From the NCBI GenBank assembly GCA_965277805.1, contig OZ255842.1, forward strand, positions 2,688,001 to 2,752,000: 64,000 nucleotides of DNA, given 5' to 3'. Below the pieces are notes generated by a model, which did no database searches, was not told the origin of the DNA, and saw only the letters and a list, made by a program, of their open reading frames with translations. Positions within the stretch are counted from its first letter, which is position 1. Each line of letters starts with the position of its first letter. Position numbers and translations under genes: made by a program. Shown here in pieces: positions 21,907 through 30,859 of the stretch. The DNA is from Candidatus Lustribacter sp. (lineage in GTDB: Bacteria > Vulcanimicrobiota > Vulcanimicrobiia > Vulcanimicrobiales > Vulcanimicrobiaceae).

Positions 21907-22090
21907 CTTCCGCTCCTGGAAGTGCAAGCGGCCGGTGGTTAATGATCTCGCGGCGTGCAAGGCTCCCGCTCGTGTAGTAGATGTCCGCGTAAACTGTATG
22001 CATGTGCCTTTTGCCATCGCGCGCCTCCCCTTACGATCGCAAAAGCTGCGGCGACATCGCAGCGCTTCATGATTGAAAGGGTGCTCTTCA

Positions 22091-23467
22091 ATGGCTAACG
22101 TGTGTCTGTTGCAACAGAGTCAGGCCAATGGAAACTGGAGTAGTCCGGTCGAGCTTGGCGGCGAAGCAAAGCTTGTTGCAGGATATCAGAACAGTGACGG
22201 TCGGCTGGAAGTCTTTTGGACTGACCAGAACGATAACATCTTCCATAATTGGCAGATTTCGGCAAACTCGGGGGCAACTTTTGGTCCCTGGAAAGGCGCA
22301 AATGCATTCGGCGGTGCCGCAAAGCAACTCGCACTTACGCGCGACAGCCTAAATCAATTGACGCTCGTGTATATCGGCCTAGACGACCAGCTCTACACGA
22401 CGCACAACGTCGCAGGTAATTGGTCGCCCCTCACATCCTTTGGCGCGCAAGCGGTGAAACAGTTCACTATTGCTATGAATTTGGATGGCCGGTTGGAAAT
22501 TTTATTTATCGGCCTCGCCGACAACTTCATCTACGATACGTGGCAGTCACCACCGAACCTCGACTGGAAGATTCCGGTCAAAACGCCATGGGCGGCAAAA
22601 CAAATCGCGCTCGCTCGCAACGCCGACGGTCGCCTCGAATTTTTCTACGTCGGCTTGAACGGTCAGATCTACCACGCGTGGCAACAGAAGGCAGCTGCAG
22701 GCCCATGGTTGGAGGCGCAGCTCAGCGGCGGTGCTCAGACGATCGTAACCGGTAACAACAGCGACGGTCGCATCAGCATTTTCTACATTGGTCTCGATGG
22801 CTACATCTACCACAATTCCCAAGTCGCGCCGAATTCCGGTACATGGGGTGGAGATATCCGGGCCTATCAAAATCCGGACCCCGACTTTCCCATCTACGAC
22901 GGTGGGGGCATTACATTGGCGCTCGGGCGCAATGCCGACGGCCGGCTACAACTCTTCTACGAGGGAATCGACGGGTACGCGTACAGCACGTGGGAAGCCA
23001 CGCAGAACGGAATGTTTACCGGCGGCAACCGGGTTACTCCGGCTACGGCGTTCTCGCCAATGACCGCAATGGACGGACGCATTTCGTTGTTCTACGTGGG
23101 CCAAACGTATTCGCCGACGGCTAATGCCTATATTGAACAAGGTGGATTTCAGGCGTACGTGCAGTGCACGAACTTAATGCCTGGTAGTGAGATCTACGTT
23201 GGCTGGAGCTCCCACGACGGAAACGGTCTGACGACCGGCGGCTCTTCGGTCTTTTCCGCCAATGTGGACAATGGGGTCGACCAGCCTATTCCCGACGCCT
23301 TCCTTCCAAACACCGTCGGCGCGACGATCGACATCGGCATTATGGAGAATATTGACATCCAACCGAACGGAAAGGGCTGGCATCTATGTCCGCCGCAAAC
23401 GCTCCCGCCGGGAACCGTTCAGCGCGCTATTCCACAAAGGTTGAGCGGTAGCGGCCAGCCCGTGTAG
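22091..23467 (+). CDS. Seven-repeat beta-propeller, PLL/fucose-lectin-like, with extra C-terminal domain
   Basis: Seven N(A/S)DGRL-type repeats with IYHxWQ and distal Trp residues; no signal peptide evident. Confidence 0.75.
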   Translation: MANVCLLQQSQANGNWSSPVELGGEAKLVAGYQNSDGRLEVFWTDQNDNIFHNWQISANSGATFGPWKGANAFGGAAKQLALTRDSLNQLTLVYIGLDDQLYTTHNVAGNWSPLTSFGAQAVKQFTIAMNLDGRLEILFIGLADNFIYDTWQSPPNLDWKIPVKTPWAAKQIALARNADGRLEFFYVGLNGQIYHAWQQKAAAGPWLEAQLSGGAQTIVTGNNSDGRISIFYIGLDGYIYHNSQVAPNSGTWGGDIRAYQNPDPDFPIYDGGGITLALGRNADGRLQLFYEGIDGYAYSTWEATQNGMFTGGNRVTPATAFSPMTAMDGRISLFYVGQTYSPTANAYIEQGGFQAYVQCTNLMPGSEIYVGWSSHDGNGLTTGGSSVFSANVDNGVDQPIPDAFLPNTVGATIDIGIMENIDIQPNGKGWHLCPPQTLPPGTVQRAIPQRLSGSGQPV

Positions 23468-23801
23468 CGTTAGAGGAAGGCGTGAAGCCAATTGAACACG
23501 GTCGCCCCGACCGATGTCACGGCCAGATGGCCCTGCCCGTAGTGGAACCCAGCGGGGTGCGATGGATCGCTTCCTCCGGCGAGGTTCGCTGGGTCGCGGC
23601 AACAGGCGCGGAGATCCCTACATTGGACGATGCGTACCGACGGGCCGATTACTGCCGAGCCCGGCATTCATGGTGATTTAGCTGCCGTGCCAGCGCGGGA
23701 CGGACCACTCTACGTAATTCATGTTCCGCGCCCTTGGCGGGTATAGCAGTCGGCCGCGATTACGCCTGAATTGGCGACATGAGGCTCCGCCGCCATCCGT
23801 G

Positions 23802-24497
23802 TTACCAGCGGCCAGCGGCAATGACGAGTGGTAATCCGATCGTGCACATCGCTAGCGCCATTAAGCACATTGCGAGAGACGATGCGGCAGCCGCAGTCTC
23901 ACTTTCCGTTGCTGCCTGTGCTGTACCAATGCCGTGAGAGATTGCGCCAAGCGCGAGTCCGCGACTGCGTTGATCTCGCACGCCGATGACATTTAATGAA
24001 GCCGGACCGATGCTGGCACCAATGACACCGACCGCGATGACGGAAATCGCCAACACCGCCGACGGTGCGTGCGCTAACGGGGCTAGCTGAGACGAGATTG
24101 CAAGTGTCACGGATTTTAAGACGAGCACACCGGACAAGCTCGCCGGCAAACCGAGTACATGCGCGAGTAGAAGTGCACACGCTACCGATGCTACGAAGCC
24201 GCAGCCGAGCGCTAAGAATATCGCACGCACATTTAAGACAAGCATATCTCGGTGTTTGACTATGAGTACCGCGAGCGCAGCGGTGGAAGGCCCAAGCCAG
24301 CCGGAAAGTATCGCACCGCCGGGTTCATAGGCCGCGTATGGAATGCGCGCGAGCAGGAGCACCGAAATGACAAGGACCACGGTGCTGAACACCGGCGTAG
24401 TTGCTGGATTCTGCCATCGCCGGCGCAAACTTAGGCTCACGGTATAGGCGCCGATCGTGAGAACGACCCCGAAGACGACCCCTGCCATCACATGCAA
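23802..24497 (-). CDS. lrgB: LrgB-family membrane protein
   Basis: LGPSTAALAV, KSVT and GLALGAISHGIGTA motifs. Confidence 0.88.
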   Translation of the reverse strand: MHVMAGVVFGVVLTIGAYTVSLSLRRRWQNPATTPVFSTVVLVISVLLLARIPYAAYEPGGAILSGWLGPSTAALAVLIVKHRDMLVLNVRAIFLALGCGFVASVACALLLAHVLGLPASLSGVLVLKSVTLAISSQLAPLAHAPSAVLAISVIAVGVIGASIGPASLNVIGVRDQRSRGLALGAISHGIGTAQAATESETAAAASSLAMCLMALAMCTIGLPLVIAAGRW

Positions 24498-24874
24498 TTC
24501 CTATAAAGACAAAGATGTTGCGCCACTAAGCCTGTTATTGCGATGCCGACAGTAACGCTGACGCTGAGGGTCACTGCAAGCGGGAGCACGATCGGAACGA
24601 GCATACTCCAAGAGCCGAGGATCGCGATTGCGAGCGGCACGAAGAATAGAGAGAGGTGGCGCGTGAGTAGTAACGCGGTCGGTTCGAAGAAACACCGCGC
24701 CGATCGAACCATCGCCAGCAACGCAAACATCACGATAACTGCAAGCGCGTTCCCAGATAGGGGCGCATGGAGCCGTTGAACGAGACCGTTCGCAGCGGCG
24801 CTTACAAGCCACAATACGAGAAGCGGCGATACCCGGCGTGCGATGTGGCCGCCGATCGCAGCGATGGAGGACAC
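24488..24874 (-). CDS. lrgA: CidA/LrgA-family membrane protein (start uncertain)
   Basis: APLSGNALA and LLTRHLSLFFVP motifs; overlaps lrgB start. Confidence 0.8.
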   Translation of the reverse strand: MSSIAAIGGHIARRVSPLLVLWLVSAAANGLVQRLHAPLSGNALAVIVMFALLAMVRSARCFFEPTALLLTRHLSLFFVPLAIAILGSWSMLVPIVLPLAVTLSVSVTVGIAITGLVAQHLCLYRNCM

Positions 24875-25253
24875 CGTTAGCCGCAGCCGAGTCGACGACG
24901 CTTGTATGCTCGCCTTAGACGGAAGGCCACCCGGTGTTTGTTTCGCGCGTGGTGCCGCGCCACGAATGTACCAGAATCTGAGCAAAATATGCACAGGCGC
25001 AGTATCGCTCGCCGAAGGGTGCTTCGCGAGTGACAGTAGGACAAATTACGCGTACAACTCGGCGAGCCTGGCGTCGACCTGGGTGCGCGGCAGCCCGTCG
25101 TGGTCGCAAGACAATGGGGCGCTCAATGCTTAGGCGCCTGCAGCTTTCGATCCCACCGGCAATCAATTGGGTCGCAGCCGTATGCCGAGTACCTCGATGA
25201 ACGGACGCGTAATCGAGAAAGGCTATTGAAGGGCTAGCGCCATTCAGCGGGAT

Positions 25254-25883
25254 CTACGCCAAGCCCACCCGCATGGCGTGAACCGCTGCTTGCGTGCGCG
25301 CCGTGCAATTGAATTTCGTGAAGATGCGGCTCACGTGATTTTTTATCGTCTTTTCCGACAGATGGAGATTTCCGCCGATTTCTTTGTTCGACATGCCCTC
25401 GACAATCAACCGGATGACATCTACTTCGCGAGTTGAAAGATCGAGCAAATCCGCGGGTTGCCGGTTCGAGCCGCGATGAATCAAACGTCCTGCGAGACGG
25501 GAGTCGACGTACGTTTCGCCCAACGCGACCGACTTGACGGCGCGAAGAAACTCGCTGGGTGTGACATCCTTCACGATATAGCCGTCAACGCCGGCCCTCA
25601 GGCAGCGCTGCATGACTTCGGGCTGCAAATGCATTGACAGCGCGCAGATACGAACGTCTGGTGAGGCGCTGCGGCTGATTTGGACGACTTCCACGAGATC
25701 CATGCTGCTGTCGATATCGATGATGATGACGTGCGGACGCAGCGAACGCAGAACTTCTTCCGTGAGCGCGTCAACGTCACCAATAACTTCAAATGCTGAA
25801 TCCTGTGCGAGCATGTGGCCAAGCGCTTTTGAAAAAAGAACCTGGTTTCCGACGATGAGAGTCCGGCTAGAAACGGCGAGCAC
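25254..25883 (-). CDS. NarL/LuxR-family response regulator
   Basis: Receiver domain (IIIDID, GYIVKD) plus LSTREVDV...GMSNKEIG...SEKTIKNHVSRI HTH. Confidence 0.9.
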   Translation of the reverse strand: MLAVSSRTLIVGNQVLFSKALGHMLAQDSAFEVIGDVDALTEEVLRSLRPHVIIIDIDSSMDLVEVVQISRSASPDVRICALSMHLQPEVMQRCLRAGVDGYIVKDVTPSEFLRAVKSVALGETYVDSRLAGRLIHRGSNRQPADLLDLSTREVDVIRLIVEGMSNKEIGGNLHLSEKTIKNHVSRIFTKFNCTARTQAAVHAMRVGLA

Positions 25884-26279
25884 TTCAAAAATCCTTACTT
25901 ATTGCAATGCTAGATTGCATTGCGGTGGTATGTGTGCCCAATATACCCGGTGCATTTAGCGTTCTATATCCCGTGAATAGGGGAGTCTCTTCGAGACTTA
26001 GCCGGACTTAAGCGTGAAAGTGTCCGATCTGTGCATTTTTGTCACGAACTTTTAACGAAACGTCTCGATGTTTTCGATCAGTCTAAAACGCAAGCGGAAT
26101 CTTTTTGTAAAGGTATTGTAGAGATTACAAGCGAGAGCGCGCAATTTCTGATTCGTGCCAGATTGTGTAATGATAGCTTAACGATATGCCGCTTTGCTCG
26201 TGCGGACGTCGGCAATTTGCTCGCGTAAAAAGCCGAGCTCGTAATAGTGACCGCGAAGCCGCGATTTGTTCGAATTGTC

Positions 26280-26555
26280 TCAGGATCTACCGGTCCTTGC
26301 CGGACGTTCGGGTGGTGGACCCTTGGCGGCCGCGGCGCTGCATATCTCGCATAGCTCGATTATCCGCGGTTCGAGGTCCGGGCGGCGCCGGCGCCACACG
26401 GTGACCGGGGTGCCAGGTAGGCGCGATATGAACCCGCACGCCCGGCAGCGCATAGCCTCGTCCTCATCTAGCTCGCCCTGACCATCGAGCAGGTAATCGG
26501 CGGCGATCGCCGCGCAAGCTGCGGCGTCAAAGCCCCCCGCAAAAGAATCATTCAC
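26280..26555 (-). CDS. Hypothetical protein with CxxC...CxxC
   Basis: 91-aa ORF with CRAC and CEIC; overlaps upstream ORF stop. Confidence 0.45.
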   Translation of the reverse strand: MNDSFAGGFDAAACAAIAADYLLDGQGELDEDEAMRCRACGFISRLPGTPVTVWRRRRPDLEPRIIELCEICSAAAAKGPPPERPARTGRS

Positions 26556-26823
26556 ACACGGATACCGCCGGCAGGTAGCGGCGCTTAGGTGAAGTCCGCA
26601 ACGGCGTTCTGCGGCGTGACGCTGGCGCTATGGGCGTTGTGCCGCTCGTCGTTACCAGGGCGCGGTCGAACCGAGCCCACCAGGTCTTGCTGTCGGAGGC
26701 GTCGACCCTCAGCGTCTGCCTGCCGTGCGACAACGTAACCGTCGTGCCGGTGCGGACGTCAGGCAAGCGCTCGCGCACCTCGCGGGTGACGAGTTCAGGC
26801 CTGGGCTGTAGAAACATCGGCAT
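26548..26823 (-). CDS. Hypothetical protein
   Basis: ORF coupled to 26280..26555; no recognisable motif. Confidence 0.35.
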   Translation of the reverse strand: MPMFLQPRPELVTREVRERLPDVRTGTTVTLSHGRQTLRVDASDSKTWWARFDRALVTTSGTTPIAPASRRRTPLRTSPKRRYLPAVSVCE

Positions 26824-26985
26824 CCGGCGGCCTTCGCCGAAGTCACCTTTTCGTCCGCCGTTCACCGAGCCGCTTGTGGGAAACGTACCAGACTATTGCC
26901 CCGGTGCTGGATGTTCATGGGCGGCCGTCGCACCCCCGAAGCGATCAAGCTAGCGTAAGTTTCGTATGGAATTGGATCGGCGCGT

Positions 26986-27017
26986 TTAAAAGCCCGTAAC
27001 ACGGGCTTTTGTCTTTG
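26986..27017. repeat. Second copy of the tRNA terminator hairpin
   Basis: TTAAAAGCCCGTAACACGGGCTTTTGTCTTTG versus TTAAAAGCCCGGTAACACGGGCTTTTTTCTTTG at 18495: one indel, one mismatch. Confidence 0.85.
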
Positions 27018-27032
27018 TCAATCGGCTGCGCA

Positions 27033-27269
27033 TTAGCCGATTGGGGATCTTCGATCGGAGCCGCGCTTTCGAAACATCGTTGCGGGCGTATCGCACCTGG
27101 GACAGAGTGCGGCCCGCTCAACTCGCATCACGTGTACGCCGCACATTACCGTTCCGCAGGCGCCGCAGCGCCAGGCCGGGATTGCACGACAGGGCAAGCC
27201 GTTGGTCTTGATGTGGGCGCATTTCGCCCCAATCGAACGGCGTTCGCGCGCTCTTCGCTGTTGAGACAT
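27033..27269 (-). CDS. Small basic Cys/His-rich zinc-finger protein (B-box-like)
   Basis: 78 aa from ATG 27269; C-x9-C-x7-CxxC-x4-CxxH-x9-CxxC pattern; followed by a terminator hairpin. Confidence 0.6.
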   Translation of the reverse strand: MSQQRRARERRSIGAKCAHIKTNGLPCRAIPAWRCGACGTVMCGVHVMRVERAALCPRCDTPATMFRKRGSDRRSPIG

Positions 27270-27313
27270 CGGTCGAAGGATACCAAGTGATCGGTAACAT
27301 GCGGGTAAACGGT

Positions 27314-28177
27314 TCAAAGTACGAGAGCGAGGATCTCTCGATCCGACATGCAGGCGGCGTGCAACCGCGCCAAGGCGTCATCCGAGCGCTCTTTCGTGCC
27401 GGACCGCACGATCGCAATCAGGGCCTTCTTCTGTTTGGCATCGAGCGGCTGACACAACGCCGTAACCGCGTGCGTTGCAGCTGCAACGAGCGGCGGATTA
27501 GAAGCCGGAGCGCTAACCATCGAAACAACGGGCGCCGGCACCGGAGCCGCTACGACGCCCACAGTGTGCGAACTTGATACGGGCGGTAGTGCCGCTCCAC
27601 TATTCGCGTTCGGCGACGCGGGAACCGTGATCACCGTCGGCGGAGACGGCGGCGAAATCGGGTTTGCGCTCGGGTTTGTTGAACCAGTGAATTTAATGCC
27701 CGCGCAGCGCTTTGCGAGGCTCGCATATTGCCCGTTCGGATCGAAAGCAAATCCTTGCTTCATCATGGATAAACACGTGTCGATCTGACGCTGGAACAGC
27801 ACTTCGTTCACGAATTCCTGACACTTCTTATTGGTGCCGTTGAGGGGGATGACCAAACCGATCGTGCCGCCGGTATCCGAGTAACCCGAGCCGCCGATGC
27901 CGGCTAACGCTGACGAAGTGTCGTCCCGATAGATGCTCGAAGCAACATATGGTCCACTGCAGCTAATACCCGGGCCGAACGAGTTGGCCGAGGGATCAAA
28001 AAAGTTGTTTTGCTGACTGATATTTTGTCCGGTGGGATTTGAAACAGCGGTCGCCTGCGTGGTTTGTTGATTCGGGGTTATGTTTACGGTTTGGCCGGGT
28101 GCCGACTGCGCGTATGCCGGTGCAATGGTCATCAGCGTGATCGCAATCGCGCCGCAAAACGTTATGAGAGTTCGCAT
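27314..28177 (-). CDS. Secreted hypothetical protein (Q/N-rich N-terminus, Cys-containing core, Pro-rich linker)
   Basis: GAGGT RBS, ATG 28177, signal peptide ending AYA, six Cys in the mature part. Confidence 0.8.
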   Translation of the reverse strand: MRTLITFCGAIAITLMTIAPAYAQSAPGQTVNITPNQQTTQATAVSNPTGQNISQQNNFFDPSANSFGPGISCSGPYVASSIYRDDTSSALAGIGGSGYSDTGGTIGLVIPLNGTNKKCQEFVNEVLFQRQIDTCLSMMKQGFAFDPNGQYASLAKRCAGIKFTGSTNPSANPISPPSPPTVITVPASPNANSGAALPPVSSSHTVGVVAAPVPAPVVSMVSAPASNPPLVAAATHAVTALCQPLDAKQKKALIAIVRSGTKERSDDALARLHAACMSDREILALVL

Positions 28178-28210
28178 GTGATAATACCTCAAGGCGTGGA
28201 TGGACGTGAC

Positions 28211-28236
28211 TGCGCCGGAGCCGAGACACCGGCGCA
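28211..28236 (-). promoter_or_regulatory. Intercistronic stem-loop
   Basis: TGCGCCGG-N10-CCGGCGCA between the two secreted-protein genes. Confidence 0.55.
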
Positions 28237-28251
28237 ATCTGTCGAGCGTCT

Positions 28252-28671
28252 TTAGTTGCCGAACGACGTCTGCACGCCGGTCGAGAAAGACGTCTGGGTC
28301 TGGTTTATCGTGCCGTGGATGGTCTGCGTCGACTTATCGCCACCTTGGAAGAACGTGACGTTGGCCTGGGCCGCCCAGTCTTGGGAGTTCTGACCGTACA
28401 GATTCAGGTTGCCGCCGAGCGCGCTGTTGGAGCCCAGACCGGTTAGATTTGCGCCAAGGGAGCCGTTCTGGCTGCTGGTCTCCGAAACGGTAACTTGGGC
28501 ACCGGCATACTGGTCCCACGAGCTCGACGTGCTGTTGATGCTACCGCTGACCTGGGTCGAGCTGGAAGAGATTACGTTTGACAGACCGGCGGCGCTTGCC
28601 GGAAGCGCAAGCGCGCTGATTGCCGCCGACGTCGCGAAAGCACAAAGTGCCTTCTTCACATTAATATTCAT
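28252..28671 (-). CDS. Secreted S/T/Q/N/G-rich small protein
   Basis: GAAGGA RBS; signal peptide ending ASA; mature region has no Cys or Pro and few charged residues; GC-rich codon usage. Confidence 0.85.
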   Translation of the reverse strand: MNINVKKALCAFATSAAISALALPASAAGLSNVISSSSTQVSGSINSTSSSWDQYAGAQVTVSETSSQNGSLGANLTGLGSNSALGGNLNLYGQNSQDWAAQANVTFFQGGDKSTQTIHGTINQTQTSFSTGVQTSFGN

Positions 28672-29121
28672 GGTCGTTCCTTCATTTTTTGCAGTGCGAA
28701 GCCAGGCGGTGACTCATGCGTCGCCGACTTCGTGGATGCCGTACGCTGCATTCCTATCTGCAGCGTGCGTGCTGATAAACGATAGCCATGCAAAGTTTTA
28801 TTGCGTAGGGTTCTAAGGGACGTGCCGTACGGCCGGAAGTCCTAACGCTGCGATTTCTCAATGCGGTGTACGATAATTTACCGCGTACCTAGTACAAGAC
28901 GAACGAACGCGGTCACGTGCCAGGTCCGAAGCAAATGCCGGGAACGACGAGTCAATTATTTGCACGTGTGTGCACCGCAGCACACTGCGGCTGGACAAAA
29001 TCCTTACACGGCTTTTACGCGTACCACGGCCTGCGCCAGATTTCCAGGGTATGATAGGGCCCATACCGTCATGTCGTCGGTATCGATGACGTATGGTGGG
29101 ATTCATCAAGGAAGGACATGA

Positions 29122-29697
29122 GTGAAGCAAGGTCTGCAGGCCGCGATGTTTAGGAATGGCGAGACCGATCCATCTGCCATGCGTCGCCGGGCCATCGGGA
29201 TCTCGAAGCGGCGCGAGTCGCCACGCTTTATCATTTGCGATGCGTCGATGGCGGTGTTGTACGCTACTCCCGGCCTGGAATCCATAATTTCAGTTGAAGG
29301 CGGACTTGAGCCGCTCAAACCCCAGTGCCGTCAAAGCCTCGCCTCTAACGAGACAGTATTCCATCCATATGACGATGAGACGGTACTACGGATCGTCCCG
29401 CTTTCTAGTGGTTTGTTTGGCTGTGTTGCCATTTTCGTTGATACGTACAGCCATCGTGGCTCGGTCTTCGAGGCCGCCAAGCGATTCGGTTTAACGAAGC
29501 GCGAAGTTGAAGTGTTACAACTGATAATGCACTGCAAATCAAATTCCGAGATCGCTGACGTGTTGAGTATTGCTGAGACTACCGCCGCAGATCATGTTAA
29601 GAGCTTGATGCGTAAGTTTGGGGCCTCGAAGCGGATAGAATTAGTCGGAAGAGTTTGCAACTTAGAGCCGGTAGACGAGAAGGACAGTCATGGATAA
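29122..29697 (+). CDS. LuxR-type HTH regulator without a receiver domain
   Basis: C-terminal GLTKREVEVL...KSNSEIADVLSIAETTAADHVKSL; start uncertain. Confidence 0.8.
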   Translation: MKQGLQAAMFRNGETDPSAMRRRAIGISKRRESPRFIICDASMAVLYATPGLESIISVEGGLEPLKPQCRQSLASNETVFHPYDDETVLRIVPLSSGLFGCVAIFVDTYSHRGSVFEAAKRFGLTKREVEVLQLIMHCKSNSEIADVLSIAETTAADHVKSLMRKFGASKRIELVGRVCNLEPVDEKDSHG

Positions 29698-30277
29698 TGA
29701 GCTGATCCCGGAAGCGATCGGCTTAATCGGCGCGATGAACGTGTTTGACCCGGACATGAGCCAACATCTTATAGCGACCGCGGCATTTGCCGAGCGCGTC
29801 GCCCGAACGATGGGTCTCGATGAGGAGACAGTGACGAATTGCCACCTTGGTGGGTTGCTGCATGACGTTGGCTGGCTCGGTGTCGACAAGTCGGTCTTGA
29901 CCTATCCTGGAATGCTTGTGGAAGCGGAGTGGGAAATCGTGACGGGTCACTCAGTCCATGGGTATCGGCTGCTGAGCGGTATTCCGTCTCTCGCTCATAT
30001 TGCCCCAATCGTGCGCGCGCATCACGAGCGCATGGACGGGTCGGGCTATCCCGATGCACTCATCGGCAGCGAAATTCCGCTGGAGGCACGGATTATTGCA
30101 GTCGTCGATGCGTTCCACACAATGACGGTGCCGCATGTGTACCGGCGTGCATCCGCAACTACCACCGCCATGGCAGAACTGATGGGCAATAGTGGTTCGC
30201 AGTTTGACCTAACCGTGGTTGAAGCATTCGGAGCGGTTATTGGCGTCGGCCAGCGCGCACGCGCCCGACACGCTTAA
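29690..30277 (+). CDS. Stand-alone HD-GYP domain protein
   Basis: LLHDVG, HHERMDGSGYPD and IPLEARIIAVVDAF motifs; overlaps the LuxR gene stop. Confidence 0.88.
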   Translation: MDNELIPEAIGLIGAMNVFDPDMSQHLIATAAFAERVARTMGLDEETVTNCHLGGLLHDVGWLGVDKSVLTYPGMLVEAEWEIVTGHSVHGYRLLSGIPSLAHIAPIVRAHHERMDGSGYPDALIGSEIPLEARIIAVVDAFHTMTVPHVYRRASATTTAMAELMGNSGSQFDLTVVEAFGAVIGVGQRARARHA

Positions 30278-30400
30278 CGTTGTCCGAGCGCGAACGCCTC
30301 CGGCGCGAAAAGCTCCTCGAGACCGGCGCGCCGCTTCGTGAACCCGTCAGCGACGAACGCGCCCGTGATCATTTCGAGGACTTCCGGTTGGTCTCCAGTG
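30274..30400 (-). pseudogene. Possible C-terminal remnant of a 4,5-dihydroxyphthalate decarboxylase-like/PBP2 protein
   Basis: LEMITGAFVADGFTKRRAGLEELFAP resembles the family's C-terminal pattern; no upstream part. Confidence 0.3.
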
Positions 30401-30425
30401 CAGTGATTCCTCAAGAACGGCGCCC

Positions 30426-30833
30426 ATGAAAAAGCTGTCAACGTGCGGCGAAACGTTGCGAATTCAGGACGACGACGCCGCACGCGCCAATTCGGTGCGA
30501 TCGACGGTTGTCGCATTTCTATCATCACATGCCAGTGACGCTTCCGACCTCATGGGCGCGGAACTTATCTTCGGCGAACTCCTCGGTAACGTCGTCGCGC
30601 ACGCACCTGGACCGGTCGAAATCAGCATCACATGGCTCGATGGGCAAGCGCTTCTTGCTGTCTGGGACGCCGGACCAGCTTACGCATTCGACGCCTCGCT
30701 TCCGAAAGACGTGCTCGACGAGCATCACCGCGGACTCTACATCATCAACCACTTTGGCGAGGACCTACGAGTCCTGCGACAGGGCGAGCGCAATCTGACA
30801 TCCGTGAAGCTTCCGGTGAAACGCAAGAGTTGA
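30426..30833 (+). CDS. RsbW-like HATPase (anti-sigma factor type)
   Basis: ELIFGELLGNVVAHAPG, WDAG and EHHRGLYII motifs. Confidence 0.85.
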   Translation: MKKLSTCGETLRIQDDDAARANSVRSTVVAFLSSHASDASDLMGAELIFGELLGNVVAHAPGPVEISITWLDGQALLAVWDAGPAYAFDASLPKDVLDEHHRGLYIINHFGEDLRVLRQGERNLTSVKLPVKRKS

Positions 30834-30859
30834 GCCGCGAGATACGCCGGCTGCATAGG

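Larger units (their letters stand above)
18495..27017. mobile_element. Degenerate genomic island at tRNA-fMet (accessory-looking DNA continues to about 30.8 kb)
   Basis: tRNA anchor, integrase remnant, visibly more A/T-rich codon usage, near-identical repeat at 18495-18527 and 26986-27017. Confidence 0.6.

Noticed and set aside
23482-23746. 64-aa ORF with a possible frameshifted continuation
   Set aside because: No family recognisable; cannot be supported as a gene or pseudogene.
25884-26279. AT-rich stretch with short palindromes and a 65-aa ORF
   Set aside because: No recognisable motif or RBS; most simply the regulatory region of the response regulator gene.
28252-28671. Curlin CsgA or FapC assignment
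   Set aside because: No regular QxGxxN or Fap repeats and no csgG/fapF-like gene in the window; only composition and layout are similar.
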